DNA from: Vulcanimicrobiota bacterium
Lineage (GTDB): Bacteria; Vulcanimicrobiota; Xenobia; Xenobiales; JADMJV01
Direction: 5' to 3'
NCBI GenBank assembly: GCA_050250895.1
Contig: JBFWNU010000001.1
Location: 1,352,008 to 1,416,007 of the forward strand
DNA length: 64,000 bases
Shown here: piece after piece, positions 26,745 to 35,807 of the stretch
Numbering within the stretch: the first letter of the stretch is position 1
Layout of the letters: each line of letters starts with the position of its first letter
Translations under genes and position numbers: made by a program
The notes under the pieces: model-generated
What the model saw: only the letters and a program-made list of their open reading frames with translations
What the model was told of the DNA's origin: nothing
Databases searched by the model: none

Positions 26745-28391
26745 ATGACGATGGAAATCTACGGACAGCCCTCAATTGGAAGACTCGCTCCCGACTACGC
26801 CGCTCGCGAAGCTCGCGCCGCCCAGGTGCAGATCGCCCTGACCGAAGGTCTGGTTTCGCTCCAGGGACTCGGCCAGGGCCAACTCGGGGCGCATCGTCAG
26901 TACTTCGGCTCGGTGATGGGTGACATCCAGACCCTGCGCTGCCCCTGCGAATTCCCGCAGTTCCCGGCTTCCCCCGGTGGCCCTCAGGGCGGCTACGGCC
27001 CCAACCCCTTCTTCCCGCAGATGCCCGGCGCCTGGCCTGGCGGTATGCCCCAGGGCCTCGACCCGATGATGCTGATGATGCAGATGATGCAGCAGCAGTA
27101 TGACAACAACATGATGATGCTCTTTATGGTGATGATGCAGCAGCAACAGCAGCAGTTCATGCAGATGATGATGATGTTGATGGGCCAGCAGCAGCAGCAG
27201 CAGCCCCCCTGCCATCCTCAGCCCCGCCCGCCACACCACCCGCACCCTCACCCGCCGGTGACTCCCCCGGTGTCGGTCGAGCCGCCCGTCTTGCCTGAGC
27301 CCCCTACCGTCGACCCCGAGCCGGTCGCTCCCCAGCCGGTGGATCCGGTCGAGCCCAGCGAGCCGCCGGTCGAGCCCTCGCCGCCCACCGAGCCTGTGGC
27401 GCCGGTGACCCCTTCTCAGCCGCCTCGCGAGCCCTCACGCACCGAGAAGGTCGACAAGTTCGTGGCCGCCCTCCGTCAGGCGGGCAGTGATGTCTCGCAG
27501 GACCAGATTCGAGAATTGGCCGTGCAAAACGGTCTGTCTGAACAAGATGCGAACGACTTGATCGAGTTTCTGGCCGAGGTCGACGAAGGCGACATCGACT
27601 TCTCTGACAACGAAGTGATCGAGATGCTCGGAATCTACAAAAAGGCCGCCGGTGCAGACGGTGATATTCGGGTGTTGTCCGACGCTCTGCTCGACTACGC
27701 CAATAGTGACGTGGTCACCGACAGTCTCAGCGAATCTTGCTACAACGCGCTGGTGCGTATTGCTGGCAACCCGCCCGAAGCGGGCACTCTGACCCGCCGC
27801 TTGACCGAGATCGACGGCTGGGATTGGGGCGGCATCGACCTGCACGACGACGCCATGCGCAACACTCTACGGGCCTTCAAAGATGCGCCTCCGACGAGCG
27901 AAACGCCGGCCGCTCCCCCGGCTAGCGAAGCTCCTGAGCAGGCTCGTCAGCGCAAAATGTCCGACTTCATGGGCAAGCTGCGCCGGGCCGGCAACGACGT
28001 CTCCCAGGACCGCGTGCGCGAACTGGCCGTCGAAAGTGGCCTGACCGAAGCAGACGCCAACAACCTGATTGACTTTCTCTCGGAAGTAGACGGTGGCGAC
28101 ATCGACTTCACCGACAACGAAGTGCTCGAGATGACCCGCATCTTCGAGAAGGCCGCCAACGCCAACGGCGACGTCAAAGTGCTCGCCTCGGCGCTGCTCG
28201 ACTACGCCAACAGCGATGTGGTCACCGACAGCCTTAGCGAAGAGTGCTACGACGCCCTGGTGCGAGCCGCCGGCAATCCCCCCGAAGCCGGCACCCTAAC
28301 CCGCCGTCTGCTCGACGTCGACGGTTGGGACTGGGGCGGGATGGACCTGCATGACGATTCGATGCGCAACATTCTGCAAGCCTGGCAGTAG
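26745..28391 (+). CDS. Hypothetical protein: Met/Gln-rich segment, Pro-rich linker and two ~147-aa acidic repeats
   Basis: RBS, GC3-rich codons, internal duplication, terminator immediately downstream. Confidence 0.85.
   Translation: MTMEIYGQPSIGRLAPDYAAREARAAQVQIALTEGLVSLQGLGQGQLGAHRQYFGSVMGDIQTLRCPCEFPQFPASPGGPQGGYGPNPFFPQMPGAWPGGMPQGLDPMMLMMQMMQQQYDNNMMMLFMVMMQQQQQQFMQMMMMLMGQQQQQQPPCHPQPRPPHHPHPHPPVTPPVSVEPPVLPEPPTVDPEPVAPQPVDPVEPSEPPVEPSPPTEPVAPVTPSQPPREPSRTEKVDKFVAALRQAGSDVSQDQIRELAVQNGLSEQDANDLIEFLAEVDEGDIDFSDNEVIEMLGIYKKAAGADGDIRVLSDALLDYANSDVVTDSLSESCYNALVRIAGNPPEAGTLTRRLTEIDGWDWGGIDLHDDAMRNTLRAFKDAPPTSETPAAPPASEAPEQARQRKMSDFMGKLRRAGNDVSQDRVRELAVESGLTEADANNLIDFLSEVDGGDIDFTDNEVLEMTRIFEKAANANGDVKVLASALLDYANSDVVTDSLSEECYDALVRAAGNPPEAGTLTRRLLDVDGWDWGGMDLHDDSMRNILQAWQ
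27066..27203 (+). repeat. ATG/CAG trinucleotide-rich tract encoding poly-Met/poly-Gln
   Basis: MMLMMQMMQQQYDNNMMMLFMVMMQQQQQQFMQMMMMLMGQQQQQQ. Confidence 0.9.
27438..28385 (+). repeat. Intragenic tandem duplication (27438-27878 and 27945-28385, offset 507 nt)
   Basis: Shared blocks ALLDYANSDVVTDSLSE, AGNPPEAGTLTRRL and DGWDWGG.DLHDD. Confidence 0.92.
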
Positions 28392-28399
28392 AGTGAATT

Positions 28400-28433
28400 G
28401 AAAACGCCAGCCCGAGCGGCTGGCGTTTTCTTT
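28400..28433. terminator. Bidirectional intrinsic terminator
   Basis: GAAAACGCCAGCC-CGAGC-GGCTGGCGTTTTC. Confidence 0.85.
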
Positions 28434-28606
28434 GTTTCCGACACGGTCCTGACACCCTGGCCGGGCCTTCGGTGGGGGCAGCAGCCAGGACTGCACCATC
28501 CAGGTTTTTCGAGGTTGGTCGTTCTGTCAGACATCCTACCCTGGACGCTCGACGACCTCATCGGCTTCATCCGCTAAAAGCTAGCTCGCGAAGCGAGCCC
28601 TGCCGT

Positions 28607-29581
28607 CTACCGTCTGACGACTACCGTCTCTTGTGCCCCGACCCGGTGGCGCCCGGCGTGATACGACGAGCGGACTAACGGGCCCGACTCGACGAAGCGA
28701 AAGCCGAGCGAGAGCGCCTCCAGGCGGATCGCCTCGAATTCTTCGGGGGTCCAGAAGCGCTCCACCGGCAGATGCTTCATGGTCGGGCGCATGTACTGGC
28801 CGACCGTCAGAATGTCGGTGCCCTGGGCGCGGATATCGGCGATGGTTTGGCTGACTTCCTGGCTGCTCTCGCCCAGGCCCAGCATGATCCCGGACTTGGT
28901 CAGCAACTGAGGAGCCTGGCTATCACGGTGCTCAGAGGCGCGCTTGAGCAGTTCCATCGTCCACTCGTAGCGGGCCCGGTTGCGCACGCGTTTGTAGAGG
29001 CGAGCGACCGTCTCGGTGTTGTGGTTGAGCACATCGGGCCCGGCCTCGAGGATGGTCATCAGGGCCTGGTGGTCGCCGCGAAAATCGGGAATGAGCACTT
29101 CGACCTTAGTATCGGGGTTGCGCCGTCGCACCGCTCGGATGGTGTCGGCAAAGTGGCCGGCCCCGCCGTCGGGCAGGTCGTCACGGTCGACCGAGGTGAT
29201 GACGGCGTGCTCGAGCTTCATGGTGGCCACCGCTTCGGCTACGTGCTCTGGCTCTTCGAGGTCGAGAGCCTCGGGGCGGCCGGTCTTGACGTTGCAGAAG
29301 CCGCAGGCACGGGTGCAGGTGTCGCCCATCACCATGAAGGTGGCCGTGCCCTCGCTCCAGCATTCGTAGATGTTCGGGCAGCGGGCCTCCTGACAGACCG
29401 TGTTGAGCTTGAGGTCGGTCATCATGCGGCGAATGGTGGTGAAGGAGCCGCTGGTCTGCAGCTTGATCCGCAGCCATTCGGGGCGGCGCGGTTGAGCATG
29501 CCAGGCGTCATCGCGGGGACCGGCCAGGTCCTCGAGGGCGGTAGGTAGTACGGTCAGCGGGATCCAGTCTTTCTTGGCCAT
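28607..29581 (-). CDS. lipA: Lipoyl synthase
   Basis: CQEARCPNIYEC, CTRACGFC, TSVDRDDL, VRSSYHA. Confidence 0.97.
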   Translation of the reverse strand: MAKKDWIPLTVLPTALEDLAGPRDDAWHAQPRRPEWLRIKLQTSGSFTTIRRMMTDLKLNTVCQEARCPNIYECWSEGTATFMVMGDTCTRACGFCNVKTGRPEALDLEEPEHVAEAVATMKLEHAVITSVDRDDLPDGGAGHFADTIRAVRRRNPDTKVEVLIPDFRGDHQALMTILEAGPDVLNHNTETVARLYKRVRNRARYEWTMELLKRASEHRDSQAPQLLTKSGIMLGLGESSQEVSQTIADIRAQGTDILTVGQYMRPTMKHLPVERFWTPEEFEAIRLEALSLGFRFVESGPLVRSSYHAGRHRVGAQETVVVRR

Positions 29582-29590
29582 GCTTGGCTC

Positions 29591-30241
29591 TTACCCAAAA
29601 AGTGGCTCGGATACCTCCTGTAGATTGCGTTGGAAGACCTCGGCAAAGGCCTGGCACAGTGCATTCTCGACCTCGAGTAGAGGGGCCGGGCGACCCAGCA
29701 GGCGTTCCAGGCTGGTCACCTCGGCGTCGGCAATCCCGCAAGGCACGATCAGGTCAAAACCTTTCAGGTGGGTGACATTGAGCGACAGGCCGTGACTGGT
29801 GACCCAGGCGCTGGCCCGCACTCCGATGGCCGCCAACTTAGCGCCGTTCACCCAGGCGCCGGTGCGCCCGGGCACTCGCTCAGCCTCGAGGCCGAAGTGG
29901 GCGGCGGTGAGAATGGCCACCTCTTCCAGGTCGCGCAGGTAGCCATGCAGGTCGCGGCGGCTCTCCTCGAGTTTTAGGATGGGATAGGCGACCAGTTGGC
30001 CGGGGCCGTGATAAGTGATGGCCCCGCCTCGCCCCGAGTGGACCAGGTCGATGCCGTCAGCGGCGAGTTGGGCCTCGCTCACCCGCAGGTATTGCCGGTC
30101 GGTGGCGCGTCCCAGGGTGATCACCGGTGGGTGCTGGCACAGCAGCAACTGGTCGGCGATCTCGTCGGCTTTGCGACGAGCCACCAGTCTTTGCTGCAGG
30201 GCCTGGGATTTGGCGTAGTCGACCGTGCCCAGGCGGCGCAC
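29591..30241 (-). CDS. lipB: Octanoyltransferase
   Basis: HPPVITLG, RGG.ITYHGPGQLVAYPI, KLAAIG, IVPCGI. Confidence 0.95.
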   Translation of the reverse strand: MRRLGTVDYAKSQALQQRLVARRKADEIADQLLLCQHPPVITLGRATDRQYLRVSEAQLAADGIDLVHSGRGGAITYHGPGQLVAYPILKLEESRRDLHGYLRDLEEVAILTAAHFGLEAERVPGRTGAWVNGAKLAAIGVRASAWVTSHGLSLNVTHLKGFDLIVPCGIADAEVTSLERLLGRPAPLLEVENALCQAFAEVFQRNLQEVSEPLFG

Positions 30242-30249
30242 TTCGACAA

Positions 30250-31494
30250 TCAGAGGGCTCCCTCGGGAAACTCCTGGAGGGTCTTCTTGACCAGGGCCAT
30301 GAATTGGTCGGCGGTGGCTCCGTCGATGATGCGGTGGTCAAACGACAGGGCCAGATACATCATGTGACGGATGGCGATGGCGTCGTCGTCGGTCACCACG
30401 GGGCGTTTGGCGATGGCGCCAATGCCGAGAATGGCCACCTGGGGCTGGTTGATGATCGGGGTCCCGAAAAGGCTGCCAAAACCGCCCGGGTTGGTCAGGG
30501 TGAAGGTGCCCCCCTGGACCTCGTCGGGATTAAGCTTCTTGGCGCGAGCGCGCTCGGCCAGATCGCTCACCGAACGAGCCAGGCCCAGCAAGGACTTCTC
30601 GTCGGCCTGCTTGATGACCGGCACCAGCAGCCCCCAGTCGAGAGCCACGGCCATGCCCAGGTTGATGTCTTTGCGATAGGCCACGGCCCTGTCGACCACC
30701 GACGAATTGAGCACGGGATAGGCCCGCAGCCCATCCACCACGGCCTTCATGATGAAGGGCATATAGGTCAGGTTGACGCCGCGGTCGGCGTAGCTCTGCT
30801 TGTGAGTCTGGCGCAGTTTGACCACCCGGGTCATGTCGACTTCAAAGACGGTGGTCACGTGCACCGAGGTTTCGCGAGAAATGACCATGTGCTCGGCGAT
30901 CGAGCCGCGCATGGGCGAGAAAGGCTCGACCCGATCGCTGGCGGCCGGTTGGTAGCGGAATTTGTCGGGGGGGGCCGGCCGAGCGACGGCAGGGGCTGGG
31001 GCGACCGTGGGTTTGTTCTCGATATGGGCCAGGATGTCGGACTTGGTCACTCGCCCCGAGATGCCGGTACCGCTCAGTTGGGTAATGTCGATCCCGTGCT
31101 TGGCGGCGATTTTGCGCACCAACGGAGAAGACCGAGTGCGGCGCAGCTCTTCTTTATCGGGCACCTCGCCCGAGGGGCTCAGCGGGGCCGGCGCGGTGCT
31201 GGGCGCAGGCGCTTCGGCTACCGCGACTGGCTTAGCGGCCGGAGCGCTGGCCTGATTAGACTCAGAAATGATGCCAACCACGGTGTCTACTTCGACCGTC
31301 TCGGTCTCGCCATGGCGGATCTCGATCAAGAAGCCCGAGGCCGGCGCCGGGATCTCGGCGTCGACTTTGTCGGTAGAAATCTCGAAGAGCGGTTCGTCTT
31401 TCTCGACCCGTTCGCCCACCTTCTTGAACCAGGTGGTGATGGTGCCTTCGGCGATGCTCTCGCCCATCTGGGGCATAACGACGTTGGTGCTCAT
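30250..31494 (-). CDS. 2-oxoacid dehydrogenase E2, dihydrolipoamide acyltransferase
   Basis: Lipoyl domain STDKVD; E3-binding GTGISGRVTKSD; catalytic DHRIIDG. Confidence 0.95.
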   Translation of the reverse strand: MSTNVVMPQMGESIAEGTITTWFKKVGERVEKDEPLFEISTDKVDAEIPAPASGFLIEIRHGETETVEVDTVVGIISESNQASAPAAKPVAVAEAPAPSTAPAPLSPSGEVPDKEELRRTRSSPLVRKIAAKHGIDITQLSGTGISGRVTKSDILAHIENKPTVAPAPAVARPAPPDKFRYQPAASDRVEPFSPMRGSIAEHMVISRETSVHVTTVFEVDMTRVVKLRQTHKQSYADRGVNLTYMPFIMKAVVDGLRAYPVLNSSVVDRAVAYRKDINLGMAVALDWGLLVPVIKQADEKSLLGLARSVSDLAERARAKKLNPDEVQGGTFTLTNPGGFGSLFGTPIINQPQVAILGIGAIAKRPVVTDDDAIAIRHMMYLALSFDHRIIDGATADQFMALVKKTLQEFPEGAL

Positions 31495-31505
31495 GGGTCC
31501 TCCGG

Positions 31506-32465
31506 TCAATATTTCAGCAGTTTCCGCGCCGCCTCGAGAAGGTCCTCGGTGCCGGGCAGCCAGGCTTGCTCGAGCGGCGGGGCAAAAGGAACGGGCGAGT
31601 CGGGCGCGGCCACCCGGGTGACCGGCCCGTCCAGGTATTCGAATCCTTTTTCAGCGATGCGGGCGGCCAGTTCGGCGCCCGGTCCCATGGTCAGGCTGGT
31701 TTCGTGATAGACGATCACCTTGCTGGTGCGGGCCACCGACTCGAGGATGGCCTCTTCGTCGAGCGGCACCAGGGTACGCAAGTCGAGCACCTCGGCCTCG
31801 ACTCCGTCTTTGGCCAGTTGTTCGGCCGCTTCCAGGGCTCGGTGAACGGTGGCGCCATAGGTGACGATGCTGAGATCGCGACCACGCCGGCGCGTGGCCG
31901 CCTGGCCGAAGGGCACAGCTCCGTTGGGTTCGCCTTTGATGCGGCGATAGAGGAACTTGTGCTCGAGGAACAGCACCGGATCGGGATCGTCGATGGCCGT
32001 GCGTAGCAGGCCATAGGCGTCCTCGGCCGTGGCCGGAAAGGCAATCTTGAGACCAGGAATCGACATGAACTGGGCTTCGACACACTGGGAATGAAAGGCG
32101 CTACCGCTCACCCCGGCCCCGCATGGGCCGCGCACCACCATGGGAACGCCCTGGCCCCAGCGGTAGCGGCACTTGGCCGCGAAGTTGGTGAGCATGTTCC
32201 AGCCACAGGCGATGAAGTCGATGAACTGCATCTCGACCACCGGGCGCAGGCCCTGCATGGCCGCTCCGATGCCGGCCCCGATCATAGCCGACTCGCTGAT
32301 GGGCGTGTCCACCACGCGCTCGGCGCCGTGGCGAGCCTGCAGGCCGTCGGTGACTTTGAAGGCTCCGCCGAAGGCCCCGATATCTTGACCCAGCAGCACC
32401 ACCCGCGGATCGGCGGCCATGGCCTCGTCGAGGGCCTGGCGAATGGCCTCGAGATAGGTGGTCAT
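31506..32465 (-). CDS. 2-oxoacid dehydrogenase E1 beta subunit
   Basis: DTPISE, EMQFIDF, FHSQ, FLEHKFLY, DLRTLVPLD. Confidence 0.95.
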   Translation of the reverse strand: MTTYLEAIRQALDEAMAADPRVVLLGQDIGAFGGAFKVTDGLQARHGAERVVDTPISESAMIGAGIGAAMQGLRPVVEMQFIDFIACGWNMLTNFAAKCRYRWGQGVPMVVRGPCGAGVSGSAFHSQCVEAQFMSIPGLKIAFPATAEDAYGLLRTAIDDPDPVLFLEHKFLYRRIKGEPNGAVPFGQAATRRRGRDLSIVTYGATVHRALEAAEQLAKDGVEAEVLDLRTLVPLDEEAILESVARTSKVIVYHETSLTMGPGAELAARIAEKGFEYLDGPVTRVAAPDSPVPFAPPLEQAWLPGTEDLLEAARKLLKY

Positions 32466-33394
32466 TGGAACACACCTCCGTAGGCTCCGGCCGGATCGGG
32501 GCTAGGGCTCTGTTCGGCAAAAGCCGCGTCTTCTTTGATCAAAGCCTCGACCTCAGCCTCGATGGCGGTCAGGTCCTTCTTCTTCAGGCGGGCTCGCAGG
32601 CGGTCGAGAGGATCTTTTTTCTTCCACTCTTCGAACAGCTCTTTGGGCACGTAGCGGGCGTCGTCGTGGGCGGCATGGCCGGTCATGCGCATGGTCTTGC
32701 ACTCGACAAAGAAGGGGCCGGCTCCTGAACGAGCGTGAGCCAGGGCTTCACGGGTGGCTTCAAAAACGGCCTCTACGTCGTTGCCGTCTACGATCAGCGA
32801 GGGGATAGCGTAGGCTTTGACTCGCTCGGCCAGGTCGGTGATGGCCATCTGGTGGGACGTCGGGGTGGAATAGGCGTACTGGTTATGTTCGCCGATGAGC
32901 ACGAAGGGGGCTTTGAGGACCGAGGCCAGGTTGAGCCCTTCATGAAAGTCTCCGGTCGAGGTACCGCCGTCGCCGATATAGGTGAGGGCCACGCTGGTCT
33001 TGCCCTGCTGGCGAGCGGCCCAGCCCATGCCCACCATGACCGGAATCATGGCCCCCAGCATCGAGATAGGGGCGATCACACCGCGCTCGACCGAACCAAA
33101 GTGAGTATTGCAGTCGCGCCCGGCGGTGGGCGAGGTGGCTTTGGCCATATACTGGGTGAAGACATCGCGAGGTCGGTAGTCGCGCAAAAGATAGATGGCC
33201 AGATTGCGGATCAGGGGAGCCACCAGGTCGTGCCCCTCCAGGGCCAGTCCCGAGCCCACCGAGATGGCTTCCTGGCCCAGGCTGCGATAGACTCCGCCTA
33301 CCACCTTGTTCTGGCGATAAAAGTTCACCAACTGTTCTTCCACCCGGCGGGTCAGCAGCATCAGGCGATAGGCTCGTTGGAGATCGATGCTCAT
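32462..33394 (-). CDS. 2-oxoacid dehydrogenase E1 alpha subunit (TPP-dependent)
   Basis: GQEA, GDGGTSTGDFHEGLN...N, RMTGHAAHDD; ATGA coupling to lpdA. Confidence 0.95.
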   Translation of the reverse strand: MSIDLQRAYRLMLLTRRVEEQLVNFYRQNKVVGGVYRSLGQEAISVGSGLALEGHDLVAPLIRNLAIYLLRDYRPRDVFTQYMAKATSPTAGRDCNTHFGSVERGVIAPISMLGAMIPVMVGMGWAARQQGKTSVALTYIGDGGTSTGDFHEGLNLASVLKAPFVLIGEHNQYAYSTPTSHQMAITDLAERVKAYAIPSLIVDGNDVEAVFEATREALAHARSGAGPFFVECKTMRMTGHAAHDDARYVPKELFEEWKKKDPLDRLRARLKKKDLTAIEAEVEALIKEDAAFAEQSPSPDPAGAYGGVFQ

Positions 33395-34800
33395 GAGCGC
33401 TTGCGGCGGGCCGGCGGCAGGTGGATGGGTTGACCGAAGACGCCATGGGCGGCCTCGGGGATGGCCTCCGACAAGGTGGGGTGGGCGTGGACGGTGCGAA
33501 ACAACTCTTCCACGGTGGCCTCGCAGGCCAGGGCCACGCACGCCTCGGCGATGAGGTCGGTGGCATGGGGGCCGATGATATGCACTCCCAGCAGTTCTCC
33601 GAACTCTTCGTCGGCGACGATTTTCACCAGGCCTTCGGTCTCGTTGAGGATCGAAGCTTTGCCCAGGGCGGCCCAGGGAAAGCGACCGACCTTGACGGCC
33701 CGGCCGGCTTCCACGGCCTGGGCCTCGGTCAGGCCGACGCTAGCCACTTCGGGTTTGCAATAGGTAGCCGAAGGAATCTTGTGGTAATCGATGGGGCGAG
33801 TCTCGTGGCCAGCGATATGCTCCACGGCCACGATACCTTCGGCCGAGGCCACGTGGGCCAGTTGCGGGCCGGGCACGATGTCGCCGATGGCGTAAAGGTT
33901 AGGCAGCGAGGTGCGGTAGTATTCATCGACTTTGAGATAGCGACCGGCTCGCTCGACGCCCAGTTCTTCCAGGCCCAGGCCGTCCAGCATCGGGGCTCGT
34001 CCGACGGCCATCAGCAGGGCTTCGGCTTGCAGTTCGACCTGACCCTCAGGGCCCTGGGCGCTGAGGGTGACGCTCGACTTGCCGGTCTTGACCGACTCGA
34101 CGCGAGTGGAAGTGTGGATTTTGATGCCCTTCTTGGCGAAGGCCTTTTGCAGCTCTTTGGAAATCTCTTCGTCTTCTAGCGGCAGAGCCCGGTCGAGCAT
34201 CTCGACCACTTCGACCTGGGCCCCGAAGTCGTTGTAGACGCAGGCGAACTCGAGGCCCACGGCACCTGCGCCCATCACGATCAGGCTTTGGGGCACTTCG
34301 GCGTGCTCGAGGATCTCGTCTGAGGTGAAGACGCGCCGCCCGTCGATTTCGGCCAGGGAGAGGCGCACCGGCACCGAGCCCGTGGCCAGAATCACGTTGG
34401 TGGCCTCGACCGTTTGGCCGGTGTCCGTGACGATGCGGGTGGCCGACTCGAGGCGACCCCGGCCGGCGATGACGGTGATGTCGTTCTTCTTCATCAACCC
34501 GTCGAGACCCATGGCCATACGCTTGACCACCTTGGATTTGCTTTTGTGAACCGCCTCCATGTCGAGACTGGCCTTTTCTACGGTGACGCCAAAGCTCGCA
34601 CCGTGAGCCAGGCTCTGATAGAAGTCTGAGTAGTGAAGCAGTGCTTTGGTGGGGATGCAGCCGCGGTGGAGACAGGTGCCGCCGAGTTTCGGGTCCTTCT
34701 CGATCACCGCCACCTTCAGGCCCAACTGGGCGGCGCGAACGGCAGCTACGTAGCCGCCGGGGCCGCCCCCCAGGATGGCCAAATCGAATCTTGCGCTCAT
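33391..34800 (-). CDS. lpdA: Dihydrolipoamide dehydrogenase
   Basis: GGGPGGY, GGTCLHRGCIPTK, HAHPTLSE. Confidence 0.97.
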   Translation of the reverse strand: MSARFDLAILGGGPGGYVAAVRAAQLGLKVAVIEKDPKLGGTCLHRGCIPTKALLHYSDFYQSLAHGASFGVTVEKASLDMEAVHKSKSKVVKRMAMGLDGLMKKNDITVIAGRGRLESATRIVTDTGQTVEATNVILATGSVPVRLSLAEIDGRRVFTSDEILEHAEVPQSLIVMGAGAVGLEFACVYNDFGAQVEVVEMLDRALPLEDEEISKELQKAFAKKGIKIHTSTRVESVKTGKSSVTLSAQGPEGQVELQAEALLMAVGRAPMLDGLGLEELGVERAGRYLKVDEYYRTSLPNLYAIGDIVPGPQLAHVASAEGIVAVEHIAGHETRPIDYHKIPSATYCKPEVASVGLTEAQAVEAGRAVKVGRFPWAALGKASILNETEGLVKIVADEEFGELLGVHIIGPHATDLIAEACVALACEATVEELFRTVHAHPTLSEAIPEAAHGVFGQPIHLPPARRKRS

Positions 34801-34898
34801 GGGCGCGGGCCTTCTCGCTTTGCCGATCCTGTCCTTCCCCGTTTAGAGCCTGGCCGGTCTGGAAAGGTTATAGCTACCGTCAGAAGAAGGGACATTCC

Positions 34899-35699
34899 AT
34901 GCCACAGCTTGCAGAACACATTCCTATCAACAAGCAACGCACTTCGTGTGCCGAGAAGAACGACAAATTGGGCTGGAAGGCCGGCTTCTCCATCGAGTAT
35001 TACGGGATGACTCTGGGGGTTCGCACCAACAACCCCGACCGACTCGACCAGTTGCGCTCCATGCTTCCAAAGGGCTGCAAGCCTTCGGATGCCCGCGAGG
35101 TCGACGTCCTTCTATCTCTCATCGAAGGCAAGTCGGCCAGACGTAAGGGCGTCAAGAACTACCACATCGTCTATGATGCCTGGTCGCGTATCGCCCGAAC
35201 CATGGACTTTGACGAGGCTCTAGCCACTTTCGAGTCGGGCTTGCGTTTGCGTCTCGCTACCCATTGCCCCGAGCGTCTCTTTTTGTCCTGTCCGGTGGTG
35301 AGTTGGAAGGGTAAGGCCGTGTTCATTCTGGGTGAGACCGGGTCGGGCGTCTCGACCCTGATCGATGCCCTGGTCGAGGCTGGCGGCGAGGTCTTTTCTA
35401 AAGAGTTCGCGCTCATCGACTCTGAGGGCATGGTTTGCTCTTTCGACCGTCCCGAGCGCTCTCCCATCGAGCCCGGCATGATTTTGCTGCCTCGCTACGA
35501 AGAGGGGCGCCATTTCCGGCCTGGTAAACTGACCGCGGGCAAAGCTGCCCTAGAACTTTTTGTCAAGGTCCCCTCGGCTCAGTTGAATCCGGCGCGGGCG
35601 CTTGGTCGACTGGCCCTGTTGGCGGGGGCGGCTCCGGCGTTTCGAGGTCGCCGTGGAGAGGCTGACCAGGTGATTCGCTTCATCGAGCGCAAGCTTTGA
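34899..35699 (+). CDS. HprK-related P-loop protein with degenerate catalytic motifs
   Basis: VVSWKGKAVFILGETGSGVSTL..ALVEAG..FSKEFALID resembles the HprK-like core; C-terminal G.RGEA. Confidence 0.65.
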   Translation: MPQLAEHIPINKQRTSCAEKNDKLGWKAGFSIEYYGMTLGVRTNNPDRLDQLRSMLPKGCKPSDAREVDVLLSLIEGKSARRKGVKNYHIVYDAWSRIARTMDFDEALATFESGLRLRLATHCPERLFLSCPVVSWKGKAVFILGETGSGVSTLIDALVEAGGEVFSKEFALIDSEGMVCSFDRPERSPIEPGMILLPRYEEGRHFRPGKLTAGKAALELFVKVPSAQLNPARALGRLALLAGAAPAFRGRRGEADQVIRFIERKL

Positions 35700-35807
35700 A
35701 AATCGCTTGGAGGCGTACACATTTCGGCAACGTAAAGTTTACAGGACGTTAACAAGAGAGGCCGTTTTATCAGAGGCCCCCCAAAAGAGCATGGTTAACA
35801 TGAGAGT

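Noticed and set aside
27066-28385. Repeats considered as a CRISPR array or DGR template/variable repeat pair
   Set aside because: In-frame coding repeats with largely synonymous or conservative differences; no spacers, cas genes or reverse transcriptase
28458-28490. SRP RNA helix-8-like string (CCGG...AGCAGCC)
   Set aside because: Lacks the CAGG/GNRA tetraloop consensus; not callable as ffs
30127-31707. 526-aa plus-strand ORF over the E2 gene
   Set aside because: Antisense shadow of the dehydrogenase operon
28607-34800. lpdA-E1-E2-lipB-lipA cluster as a novel system
   Set aside because: Ordinary 2-oxoacid dehydrogenase operon; substrate (pyruvate versus branched-chain) cannot be determined by eye
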